A DNA stretch of 64,000 nucleotides from a candidate division WOR-3 bacterium (lineage in GTDB: Bacteria > Hydrothermota > Tepidihabitantia > Tepidihabitantales > Tepidihabitantaceae), in the NCBI GenBank assembly GCA_965649205.1, contig CBFGJV010000013.1:10566-74565 (forward strand), read 5' to 3'. The first letter of the stretch is position 1; every line of letters begins with the position of its first letter. The position numbers were made by a program, and so were the translations under genes. Below, piece after piece: positions 1 through 8,138 of this stretch. Below the pieces are notes generated by a model, which was not told the origin of the DNA, did no database searches, and saw only the letters and a list, made by a program, of their open reading frames with translations.

Positions 1-1
1 A

Positions 2-1534
2 AGTTCAAGCATCGATTCGGTGGTGGTGTATCCTCACTTGGTGCAGGTTGTACGTACGGCCCGGGTTTCTGTTTCGGGTCCGGGCGAACTGGTGTTTACT
101 GGGCTGTCTGGTGCTCTGGATGATAATACGGTACGGATCAGTGCTCCCGGGCTGGGCGTGGGTGAAGTCCAGGTGCGGCGGGGTTATCTGGCTGAGCCGA
201 CACCTGCCGTGAAAAAGCTGGAACAGAAGGTAAAAGACCTGGAGGATAAGCTCAAGAAGCTCAGAGACGAAGCAGATATCGTCAAAGCGAAGCTAGAGTT
301 CCTGCAATCCGTCAAGCTGGGAACGCCGGAACTGATAGCCAAGGAATTGCAGCAGGGCAAGGTGTCGGTTCAGTCCTGGCGCGAGGCGCTTTCTTTTCTG
401 GCCGAGGAGATGGCCCGGGCTATGGCGCGGCAGGTTGGACTTGACCGGGAACAGGAGGAAGTAAGAAAGGAGCTGGAAGCCGCCCGACAGGAATATAACG
501 ACGCCCGAGCGCAGATGGAGAATCGCAAGGAGGTGAGGCTGGACTACAGCGCAACTGCAGGTACCTACGAGGTACGTTTGTCTTATGCTGTGCCTTATGC
601 GGCGAGCTGGTCGCCTTACTACGAACTGCGCGCTCAGCCGGATAGGGATAAGGTGGCTTTATCCTACTTCTGCAAGCTTGCCCAGAAGACCGGGGAAGAC
701 TGGGAGCAGGTGAAGGTAGTTATTTCCACCTCTCGGCCTGAATTCGGTGTTACGTTGCCGGCTCCAGAACCCTGGTATGTTTCTTTGATTGAAACTTGGG
801 ACCGTCCCACATACGACGGAGCTATGGCGACTGAGGCCATGCCTGCTCCGGGTGTGGCGATGAAGGCTGAGGTTCCGGGGCGCCAGTATGAACAGGTTGA
901 AGCAGTGGAAACAGGCATTTCACTGCAGTATGTCATACCTGGTCGTGTTAGTCTGAAGTCAGGAGAACCGGCCAAGAAACTTCTCTTGCGAGAAGCGAGC
1001 TTGGCAGCCGAATACAGCTACTTCAGTCTGCCGCGTAGCCGACCCCAGGCTTTTCTGCAGGGCAAACTGGTCAACACCACGCCATTCGTATTTCTGGCAG
1101 GCGAAGCCGGCACTTATGTGGGAGACGAATATACCGGATCCAGCTATCTGCCTGCGGTCGCACCGGGCGAGACCACCGAGCTTAGCTTCGGTACCGATGA
1201 ACGGGTGAAGGTTACGCGGGAACTGGTGAAGAGCTTCAAGTCCAGAGGCGGACTTTTTTCCCGGACGGAGAAGGTTCAATTCACTTACAAAACCACCGTG
1301 GAAAACTACTTGCCCAAGACCATTCGTATAGAGGTGATGGAACAGGTGCCGGTGTCACAGCAGAGCGAGGTGAAGGTCACGGTGAACAGAGTGGAACCAA
1401 AGTTCCTTGAACAGGATAGGGACAATGGCACCTATACCTGGAAGCCGGAATTGGAAAGCAAAGCCAAGTTCGTGATAGACTTGGACTTTACTGTGGAATA
1501 TCCTGCTGGCAAACGAATACAGGGACTATACTAG
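2..1534 (+). CDS. DUF4139/DUF4140 (mucoidy inhibitor MuiA-like) protein, 5'-truncated by the window edge
   Basis: Frame is open from position 2 (SSIDSVVVYP, like the DUF4140 start). Long coiled coil, then ASWSPYYELR, QKTGEDW and LSFGTDERVKV motifs typical of DUF4139. Confidence 0.85.
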   Translation, partial: SSSIDSVVVYPHLVQVVRTARVSVSGPGELVFTGLSGALDDNTVRISAPGLGVGEVQVRRGYLAEPTPAVKKLEQKVKDLEDKLKKLRDEADIVKAKLEFLQSVKLGTPELIAKELQQGKVSVQSWREALSFLAEEMARAMARQVGLDREQEEVRKELEAARQEYNDARAQMENRKEVRLDYSATAGTYEVRLSYAVPYAASWSPYYELRAQPDRDKVALSYFCKLAQKTGEDWEQVKVVISTSRPEFGVTLPAPEPWYVSLIETWDRPTYDGAMATEAMPAPGVAMKAEVPGRQYEQVEAVETGISLQYVIPGRVSLKSGEPAKKLLLREASLAAEYSYFSLPRSRPQAFLQGKLVNTTPFVFLAGEAGTYVGDEYTGSSYLPAVAPGETTELSFGTDERVKVTRELVKSFKSRGGLFSRTEKVQFTYKTTVENYLPKTIRIEVMEQVPVSQQSEVKVTVNRVEPKFLEQDRDNGTYTWKPELESKAKFVIDLDFTVEYPAGKRIQGLY

Positions 1535-1566
1535 ACAGAATTAGGCGAAAATGGGCTAGGCTTCTG

Positions 1567-2427
1567 CTACCTTTGTACTACTAGCTTCTTCGTCTCACTC
1601 CAGTCGTCGGCTTCTAATTTTACCAGATATCTGCCTGCGGGAACCTGGCTCAGATCGATTTGCACCACGCCGTTTTTTTCGGCCATTTCTTGCATGGTCC
1701 TCACCGGCCGACCAAGCTCGTCGAAAATGGTGATGGTAACGGGTCCTGGCCGGGGCAGGTTGTAGCGGACCGTAGCTGAACGGGTTGTGATCAGATTGGG
1801 CGATATGATGAAACTCGGCCGTACGACTAGCGGAGGTTTGGTTACGACTCCGGTGTTCGGCAGTATCGTAATTGGAAAACCAGTTCCTACCCCTACGCTG
1901 TATTGTCGCAGCGGCACACCTAAGTAGTTGAAGCTCTCGTGCACATGGTAATCTATCGAGTAATCTCCAGGAGGCATGTTGCGCGGGACATCAACCTCTA
2001 TGGAACAGGTAAAGGCTCCGGCATCCGCATGATTATAGAGTTCATCGGCATAGCTGAACCAGGCGTATCCCGGCGGCGGAGGAACGCTGTCATTCATGTG
2101 CGTATTGGCTTCTTCGTCCTGCTGGGTTTGTACAAAGCGCGGACAATCATCGGTGTAGTTGAAAATAGCCTGGACCACGGACATCCCTTGATCAGCCTGA
2201 GGCAGAGTTTTGGAAAAGATGAAGCCGCAGGGATTGTAGACGCTTGCCCCTTCCCAGGTGCATTCCATCACCACCCAGTATCGGCTACCCTGCATTGCTT
2301 GGGAAGGCTGGGCAATAGTTCCTCCAGTGAGGTAGCACGCCACGATGAGCAACCCGACCAGCAAAATAGTCAGAGTCACTCGTATCGGTACCCGCAGCTT
2401 CCGCGGCCAGCGAACATTCGTAATCAT
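1567..2427 (-). CDS. Secreted protein with a T9SS type A-like C-terminal sorting domain
   Basis: GGAGG SD before the ATG; basic then hydrophobic N-terminus; C-terminus SPN..ATVRYNLP..VTITIFDELGRPV..IDLSQVPAGRYLVKL..KKLVVQR. Confidence 0.8.
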   Translation of the reverse strand: MITNVRWPRKLRVPIRVTLTILLVGLLIVACYLTGGTIAQPSQAMQGSRYWVVMECTWEGASVYNPCGFIFSKTLPQADQGMSVVQAIFNYTDDCPRFVQTQQDEEANTHMNDSVPPPPGYAWFSYADELYNHADAGAFTCSIEVDVPRNMPPGDYSIDYHVHESFNYLGVPLRQYSVGVGTGFPITILPNTGVVTKPPLVVRPSFIISPNLITTRSATVRYNLPRPGPVTITIFDELGRPVRTMQEMAEKNGVVQIDLSQVPAGRYLVKLEADDWSETKKLVVQR

Positions 2428-2743
2428 CTTACCTCCAATCTGCGCGAGAAGCGCTTCTTGCTGCAGTAGCTGGTTTCCTGCGTCTTCGCTGTCCCCTTCT
2501 TTTTCTGTCTAATACATAAGCGCGGAAACGATATCTGTCAAGTGGCAGGCAAAACTTGTCAAAAGCACAGCTGGTAGAGATTCGGGAAAAGAATTAGTTT
2601 ATGTGGTCTATGGGGCCTCCAGATGGCGCAACCTTGCGTACCGAATGCATGCAAGGTTCAGTACGGTGGTGTCATTGACGAGGCAGTTGACTATGACTGT
2701 TGCTATTGCTTTTGCCACCACGTCGTACCACCCTTGCCTTAAA

Positions 2744-2771
2744 TTGACACTTAGAAGAAATTTGCTATGCT
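2744..2771 (+). promoter_or_regulatory. Sigma70-type promoter of the his operon
   Basis: TTGACA(2744-49)-N16-TATGCT(2766-71) with a TGn extension. Confidence 0.7.
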
Positions 2772-2779
2772 TTCTCCCG

Positions 2780-2875
2780 ATGATATATAGCTTCGGTGTT
2801 CTTCTCGGACTGCATAAGTGTAATCATAAGCATACCACCGGTGGCTCGGGGCCGGTGCAGAGCCGTATGAAGTAG
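2780..2875 (+). CDS. hisL: Putative his operon leader peptide (31 aa)
   Basis: MIYSFGVLLGLHKCNHKHTTGGSGPVQSRMK; CAT codons at 2813, 2825 and 2831; lies between the promoter and a terminator. Confidence 0.7.
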   Translation: MIYSFGVLLGLHKCNHKHTTGGSGPVQSRMK

Positions 2876-2897
2876 AAGCACCGAGTAACCCGAAGCC

Positions 2898-2926
2898 ACC
2901 GTCCCGCAAGGGGCGGTTTTGCTTTT
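2898..2926 (+). terminator. his attenuator terminator
   Basis: ACCGTCCC-GCAA-GGGGCGGT then TTTGCTTTT; competing pairing 2840-2850 with 2889-2900. Confidence 0.75.
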
Positions 2927-2942
2927 GTAAGGAAGAAGAATT

Positions 2943-4001
2943 GTGAAGAAAGATACTTCAGAACCGATTGCTCCGAATCAGACCGTAGGCTTATCGCCCC
3001 ACGTGGTCAGTCGCCGTTGGCGAGCGCAGGAAATAATGCGCCGCACCTTTGAGAAGTTCGGCTATCGTCCGCTGGAAACCCCGGCTCTGTACCGAGCCGA
3101 AGCTGTAGCTCCGGGGTATGGAACCGGAATCCAGGGATTGATGTGTACATTGCGGGACGACAGTGGACAAGAGTTGACCCTGGCCTATGACCTTACGGTG
3201 CCACTGGCCCGCTATGTGGCGGCCAACGCCAAGCGTCTGTCTTTGCCTTTCAAACGCTATCAGGTGCAAAGCGTCTGGAGGCCTCTATCCGGACGGCCGG
3301 GCCATTTCCGCGAGTTTCATCGCTGCGATGTGGATATAATCGGCTCTGCTCATCTGGCCTGCGACGCGGAAATATGCCGGGTTGTCGCCGATACGTTGTC
3401 TGCGTTGGAACTGGAACCTTTTGTTATCTGTTACAATCTGGCAGACCCGGCCCAGGTGGACACGGCTGAGTTTCTTTCCTGTTGTGAGCGGTTGGGTTTA
3501 GCCAAAGAGAGACTAAGGCGGGACAGCGGGTTGGTGCGGGATCTGGGCTATTACACCGGTCTTGTCTTCGCGGTGGAATTGGTCGGTAAGGAAAGTCCGG
3601 TTTGCGTGGGAGGGCGCTACACCATCGCTCTGAGCGGACAGCGTGTTACCGGGGTGGGAGTTTCCTTTGACTTGGACCGGATTGTAACCGAGCTTGCTCA
3701 CCGCAAAAGGGAACGCCACACCAGTGTCAATGTGCTGGTGATGTCGCATCCGCAGCGGGAAAAGCAGACGTTGGAATTGTATCGGGAATTACTGGATTCT
3801 GATGTTTCTGCCAGTTGCTACTTCGAGGCAGTTTCGCTTTCCCGTCAGCTCAGCTATGCCCGCGAGCAGCACATCCCCTTTGCTGCTGTCCCGAATCCGG
3901 ACGTGGGCAACGTTACCCTCATCCATGTTCCTACCGGTCGCAGAAAGAGTATCCCCCGAGGTCAGGTGGCAGAATATCTGCGAGGTTTCTATGATACATA
4001 A
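2943..4001 (+). CDS. hisZ: HisRS-like protein; probable ATP phosphoribosyltransferase regulatory subunit (HisZ-like)
   Basis: Degenerate HisRS motifs (LAYDLTVPLARY, PFKRYQVQSVWR, FREFHRCDVD, RDLGYY, GGRY); immediately upstream of a short hisG. Confidence 0.65.
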   Translation: MKKDTSEPIAPNQTVGLSPHVVSRRWRAQEIMRRTFEKFGYRPLETPALYRAEAVAPGYGTGIQGLMCTLRDDSGQELTLAYDLTVPLARYVAANAKRLSLPFKRYQVQSVWRPLSGRPGHFREFHRCDVDIIGSAHLACDAEICRVVADTLSALELEPFVICYNLADPAQVDTAEFLSCCERLGLAKERLRRDSGLVRDLGYYTGLVFAVELVGKESPVCVGGRYTIALSGQRVTGVGVSFDLDRIVTELAHRKRERHTSVNVLVMSHPQREKQTLELYRELLDSDVSASCYFEAVSLSRQLSYAREQHIPFAAVPNPDVGNVTLIHVPTGRRKSIPRGQVAEYLRGFYDT

Positions 4002-4620
4002 TGGCGTCAGAATTGCCCTGCAGCGCGACGGCCGACTGCGGGCCGGAAGCCTGGCGCTCCTGGCACGTTGCGGTCTGATTCCCCGGCCAGAATCAGAAAG
4101 GGCCCTGGTCGTACCCTGTGGAAAAGGCGTCTCCCTGCTTTATGTCCGCCATCGCGACATCCCCCGCTACGTGGAACTGGGCGCAGCAGACCTGGGTGTC
4201 GTGGGAGCCGACCTGCTGGCTGAACAGAAAACCCGTTGCCAACCGGCCGCCAGACTGGGTTTTGGCCGCTGCCGTCTGGTTATTGCCGTGCCCGCGTCTT
4301 CGCCTGTCCGTCAGCCGTCCGAACTGGAAGGCGAACGTATCGCCACCTCCTACCCGATTACCCTGCGCCGGTTCTTGGCCCGCCAGCATATCTCTGCCTC
4401 AGTCATTGAGCTGTCCGGTTCGGTTGAAGTTGCCCCGGCCCTGGGTCTGGCTGACGCAATCTGTGACATAGTGGAGACCGGTAACACACTTCGGGCAAAC
4501 AACCTTGTTCCGGTAGCGGAAGTGGCAGAATGGGAAGCGGTGCTGATAAGAAACCCGGGAGCGGAAAACCTGGCTGTAAGTGAATGGGTCGCAAAGATAG
4601 CCCGCGAGGTGCAGATATGA
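3991..4620 (+). CDS. hisG: ATP phosphoribosyltransferase (209 aa, no C-terminal ACT domain)
   Basis: RIALQ..GRL, DLGVVG.D, RIATSYP, GSVEVAP.LGLADAICDIVETG.TL; start re-assigned to the ATG at 3991 after GAGG. Confidence 0.93.
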   Translation: MIHNGVRIALQRDGRLRAGSLALLARCGLIPRPESERALVVPCGKGVSLLYVRHRDIPRYVELGAADLGVVGADLLAEQKTRCQPAARLGFGRCRLVIAVPASSPVRQPSELEGERIATSYPITLRRFLARQHISASVIELSGSVEVAPALGLADAICDIVETGNTLRANNLVPVAEVAEWEAVLIRNPGAENLAVSEWVAKIAREVQI

Positions 4621-5912
4621 AACTGTACGATATCCGCCAGAGCGAACCTGCCGAGCTGGAGCATCTATGCCGGCGCCAAACCGGCAATATGGAGTCTGCG
4701 CTGCAAGTCGCCCGTAGAATACTGAGTGAGGTAAGACACAGAGGGGAAGAAGCTCTGCGCGAGTATACAAGAACTTTTGACCGGGTAGAGCTGAAAGAGC
4801 TGGCTGTATCCCAGGACGAAATCGCAACCGCCGTGTCCCGCCTGTCGGATGAGCTTCTGTCCGCAATGAAACAGGCGGCGGACAACATTGAGCAGTTTCA
4901 CCGCTCTCAGATGACAATCTTTCCCCGGCTGGAAACAACTCCCGGGGTTTTATGCTGGACAGAAACCCGGCCCATAGAAAAAGTAGGGCTGTATGTGCCG
5001 GGAGGCAGCGCCAGCCTTGTTTCCACTCTGCTGATGCTGGCGATTCCGGCCCGGCTGGCCGGCTGCCCTACCGTAGTTGTTGTCACTCCGCCAGGACCAG
5101 AAGGTAAGATAGCTGACGCTCTGCTTGCCGCCTGTCATCTGTGTGGCGTGGAAACTGTTTTCCGCGTCGGCGGAGCCCAAGCCATTGCCGCTCTGGCCTA
5201 TGGCCAGGCCGGTCTGCCCAAGGTGGACAAGATATTCGGCCCGGGCAATCGCTATGTGACAGCGGCCAAATTGCTGGTGTCTGCAGACCCTGCCGGCGCC
5301 GCAATAGATATGGCCGCCGGGCCCAGCGAAGCGCTAATCATCGCCGACCGCTTCTGCCGGCCCGACTTTGTCGCCGCCGACCTATTGGCTCAGGCAGAGC
5401 ACGACCCAGATGCCGCTGTGGTACTGGTATCAGACAGAAGTGAAGTTCTCCAGGCGGTAGAAGAAGAACTAGAACAGCAGTTACAGACTTTGCCCCGTGT
5501 CGACATCTGTCGTCGCTCTCTGTCCCATGGCCTGCTGCTTTTGGCCCGAGATCTGTTTCAAGCCCTAGAGTTCTCCAACCGCTATGCACCCGAACACCTC
5601 ATACTGAATGTCGCCGACTGGCAGGAATTTGTTCCTCTCATTCGCAATGCCGGCTCGGTGTTTCTCGGTCCCTATGCCTGCGAGGCTGCCGGCGACTATG
5701 CCAGCGGCACCAACCACTGCTTGCCTACTTCCGGCTGGGCAAGGGCGGTATCTGGCCTTGCCGTCGCTGATTTTCAGAAACGTATTACCTTTCAGACTTT
5801 GTCAGCCGCTGGCGCACGCCAGCTCGCACCAACCGTGTGTCAACTGGCTGCTGCCGAAGGTCTGGAAGCTCATCGCCGGGCTATGGCCTGGCGGGCAGGA
5901 GGAGATGTATGA
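4617..5912 (+). CDS. hisD: Histidinol dehydrogenase
   Basis: GLYVPGG, GGAQAIAALAYG, KIFGPGN, IDMAAGPSE, QAEH, APEHL, GDYASGTNH; ATGA overlap with hisG. Confidence 0.96.
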   Translation: MKLYDIRQSEPAELEHLCRRQTGNMESALQVARRILSEVRHRGEEALREYTRTFDRVELKELAVSQDEIATAVSRLSDELLSAMKQAADNIEQFHRSQMTIFPRLETTPGVLCWTETRPIEKVGLYVPGGSASLVSTLLMLAIPARLAGCPTVVVVTPPGPEGKIADALLAACHLCGVETVFRVGGAQAIAALAYGQAGLPKVDKIFGPGNRYVTAAKLLVSADPAGAAIDMAAGPSEALIIADRFCRPDFVAADLLAQAEHDPDAAVVLVSDRSEVLQAVEEELEQQLQTLPRVDICRRSLSHGLLLLARDLFQALEFSNRYAPEHLILNVADWQEFVPLIRNAGSVFLGPYACEAAGDYASGTNHCLPTSGWARAVSGLAVADFQKRITFQTLSAAGARQLAPTVCQLAAAEGLEAHRRAMAWRAGGDV

Positions 5913-6970
5913 AGTACCGCCCGCCAATTCCTGACCGCATCCGCCGTCTGGACCGGTTTCTTGCTCCTGAAGCTTGTCGGACCACGTACGCCGGCCTGCT
6001 CCTTGACTTCAACGAGCGCACCACCGCCCTCAGTCCTGCCGTGCGCCAGAGATTCCTCCAACTGGCAGCAGATTTGCCTACCCACCTCTATCCAGAGTAC
6101 GATGGCTTGGAAACCCGGCTTGCCCGCTACGCAGGAGTAAACAAGGATCAGATACTTGTCACCAACGGCTCATCCCAGGCTTTGGACATCATACTGCGTA
6201 CATTCTGTGAACCGCGCGGTCAGGTCATAATTCCCCAGCCTTCCTTTTCGGTGTACGAGCGGCTTGCTTTCATCAATCGCTGCCGGATAGTCTCCTTGCC
6301 TCTGTGTCCGCCCCGCTTCACCTTTCCTCTGGCCGCAGTGCTGGAGAACATCCGGCCGGACACTCGTGTGATCATAATCGGTTATCCCAACAATCCCACC
6401 GGCACAATGCCCAGCCAGAAGGCTGTCGCCCGTATCTGCCGCGCTGCTCCCCAGAGCATCGTTCTGGTGGACGAAGCCTACTACGAGTTCAGTGGCAAGA
6501 CCTGCGTAGAGCTGGTTTCGCGCTTTCCCAATATCATCATTACCCGTACTTTTTCCAAGGCTTTTGGTCTGGCTGCGCTGCGCGTGGGCTATCTCCTTGC
6601 TTCTTCCGCTTGCGTGACAGAACTGGCCAAGGTGCGCGGCCCCTTTGATGTGAATCTTGTCGGCTATCTCCTTGCCTGTGCCGCGCTTGACGACCTTGGT
6701 TCAGCACAGGGCTACAGTCGGGAAGTGATGTGTCGGGCCAAGCCGCTGGTAGAGAAGTTTCTGCGTCGTCACCGCATCAGGTTCGCTCCTTCGGCGGCCA
6801 ATTTTATTCTCTTTCAGCCCCGGGACGCCGCCAGCCTGCGCCAGCGTCTGGCAGATACCGCCAGATTACGCGCGGGACCGCCGGGCTGGCTGCGACTTAC
6901 CGTCGGTACGACACAACAGATGCGCAGGTTCATAGACGCCTGGGATAAACTGTTGCAGGAGGGAGGATGA
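5909..6970 (+). CDS. hisC: Histidinol-phosphate aminotransferase
   Basis: PNNPTG, VDEAYYEF, RTFSKAFGLAALRVGY; GGAGG SD and ATGA overlap. Confidence 0.93.
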   Translation: MKYRPPIPDRIRRLDRFLAPEACRTTYAGLLLDFNERTTALSPAVRQRFLQLAADLPTHLYPEYDGLETRLARYAGVNKDQILVTNGSSQALDIILRTFCEPRGQVIIPQPSFSVYERLAFINRCRIVSLPLCPPRFTFPLAAVLENIRPDTRVIIIGYPNNPTGTMPSQKAVARICRAAPQSIVLVDEAYYEFSGKTCVELVSRFPNIIITRTFSKAFGLAALRVGYLLASSACVTELAKVRGPFDVNLVGYLLACAALDDLGSAQGYSREVMCRAKPLVEKFLRRHRIRFAPSAANFILFQPRDAASLRQRLADTARLRAGPPGWLRLTVGTTQQMRRFIDAWDKLLQEGG

Positions 6971-7554
6971 AAGCCAGAAGTCGCACAGCCCGAATCCACC
7001 GCAAAACAAAGGAGACAGACGTCCAAGTGCGAGTGAATATGGACGGAACCGGCCGCGCGCGTATCCGCACCGGTCTGGGGTTTCTGGATCATATGCTAGC
7101 GCTTCTTGCCCGCCACAGTCTGATTGATATCAACCTCGAAGCCAGAGGTGACCTGCACGTGGACGAACATCATACAGTAGAAGACATTGGCATCTGTCTG
7201 GGTCAGGCGTTCAGTCAGGCCTTAGGGGAGAAGCGCGGTATCGGCCGCTACGGCTTCACGGTACCTATGGATGATACGCTGGCAGAAGTAGCCCTTGACT
7301 TGGGAGGAAGGCCCTATCTGGTCTGGCACGCCCGTTTCCGCCGCGAGCGGCTGGGCGACCTGCCCACCGAATTGCTGGAAGATTTCTTTCGGGCTCTGGC
7401 CGACAATCTGGCGGCTAATATCCACGTCAATGTGCGCTACAGTCGTAACGAACATCATCAGGCAGAAGCCATCTTTAAGGCCCTGGGTCGGGCACTGCGT
7501 ATGGCCATCCGGATTGACCCGGCCGAAAAGGACCGCTTTCCCACTACCAAATGA
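6967..7554 (+). CDS. hisB: Imidazoleglycerol-phosphate dehydratase (monofunctional)
   Basis: RKTKETD, FLDHML, DEHHTVED, NEHHQAEAIFKA. Confidence 0.96.
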   Translation: MKARSRTARIHRKTKETDVQVRVNMDGTGRARIRTGLGFLDHMLALLARHSLIDINLEARGDLHVDEHHTVEDIGICLGQAFSQALGEKRGIGRYGFTVPMDDTLAEVALDLGGRPYLVWHARFRRERLGDLPTELLEDFFRALADNLAANIHVNVRYSRNEHHQAEAIFKALGRALRMAIRIDPAEKDRFPTTK

Positions 7555-8138
7555 TTGCTGTCATTGACTACGGGGCAGGCAATATCACCTCGGTTGTAAA
7601 CGCCTTGCGCCGCTTGGGACAGGACTGCGTAGTTACAGCCGACCCTTCCCTGTTGGCTGATTGCGCAGGAGTGGTGATGCCCGGGCAGGGACGAGCCCGG
7701 GCCGCACTGGAGCATCTTGCCCGCACCGGTGCCCTGGCAACCCTCCGCAAACTGCAGAAGCCCTTTTTAGGCATATGTCTGGGAATGCAGATACTGGCCG
7801 AGCATCTGGCTGAAGACAATACCGCCGGTCTGGGTATTCTGCCCGGAGAAGTGGTGCGACTGCCTGCTCTCCGGGTACCGCACATCGGCTGGAATCAGGT
7901 ACACATCTCGGCCACCGACCCTTTGTTGGAGAACATCGGCTCGACCGTCTGGTTCTACTTTGCTCACTCTTACTATCTGGAGGTGCCGGCTGCATGCGTC
8001 CTCGCTTACACCTGGTATGGACTTCCGTTTCCCTCTGTTGTCCGGCAGGCGAACTTCTGGGCCGTACAATTCCATCCCGAAAAGTCCGGGCCGGCGGGAA
8101 TGAGACTGCTTGCCAACTTCTTGTCGCTATGCAAATAA
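7551..8138 (+). CDS. hisH: IGP synthase glutamine amidotransferase subunit
   Basis: IDYGAGN, GICLGMQ, VPHIGWN, QFHPEKS. Confidence 0.96.
   Translation: MIAVIDYGAGNITSVVNALRRLGQDCVVTADPSLLADCAGVVMPGQGRARAALEHLARTGALATLRKLQKPFLGICLGMQILAEHLAEDNTAGLGILPGEVVRLPALRVPHIGWNQVHISATDPLLENIGSTVWFYFAHSYYLEVPAACVLAYTWYGLPFPSVVRQANFWAVQFHPEKSGPAGMRLLANFLSLCK

Noticed and set aside
2603..2779. 90-aa ORF from the track
   Set aside because: It spans the promoter; only the 3' part from ATG 2780 is credible.
2780..2930. T-box or known riboswitch in the his leader
   Set aside because: No TGGNACC T-box motif or recognisable aptamer; the His-codon leader explains the structure better.
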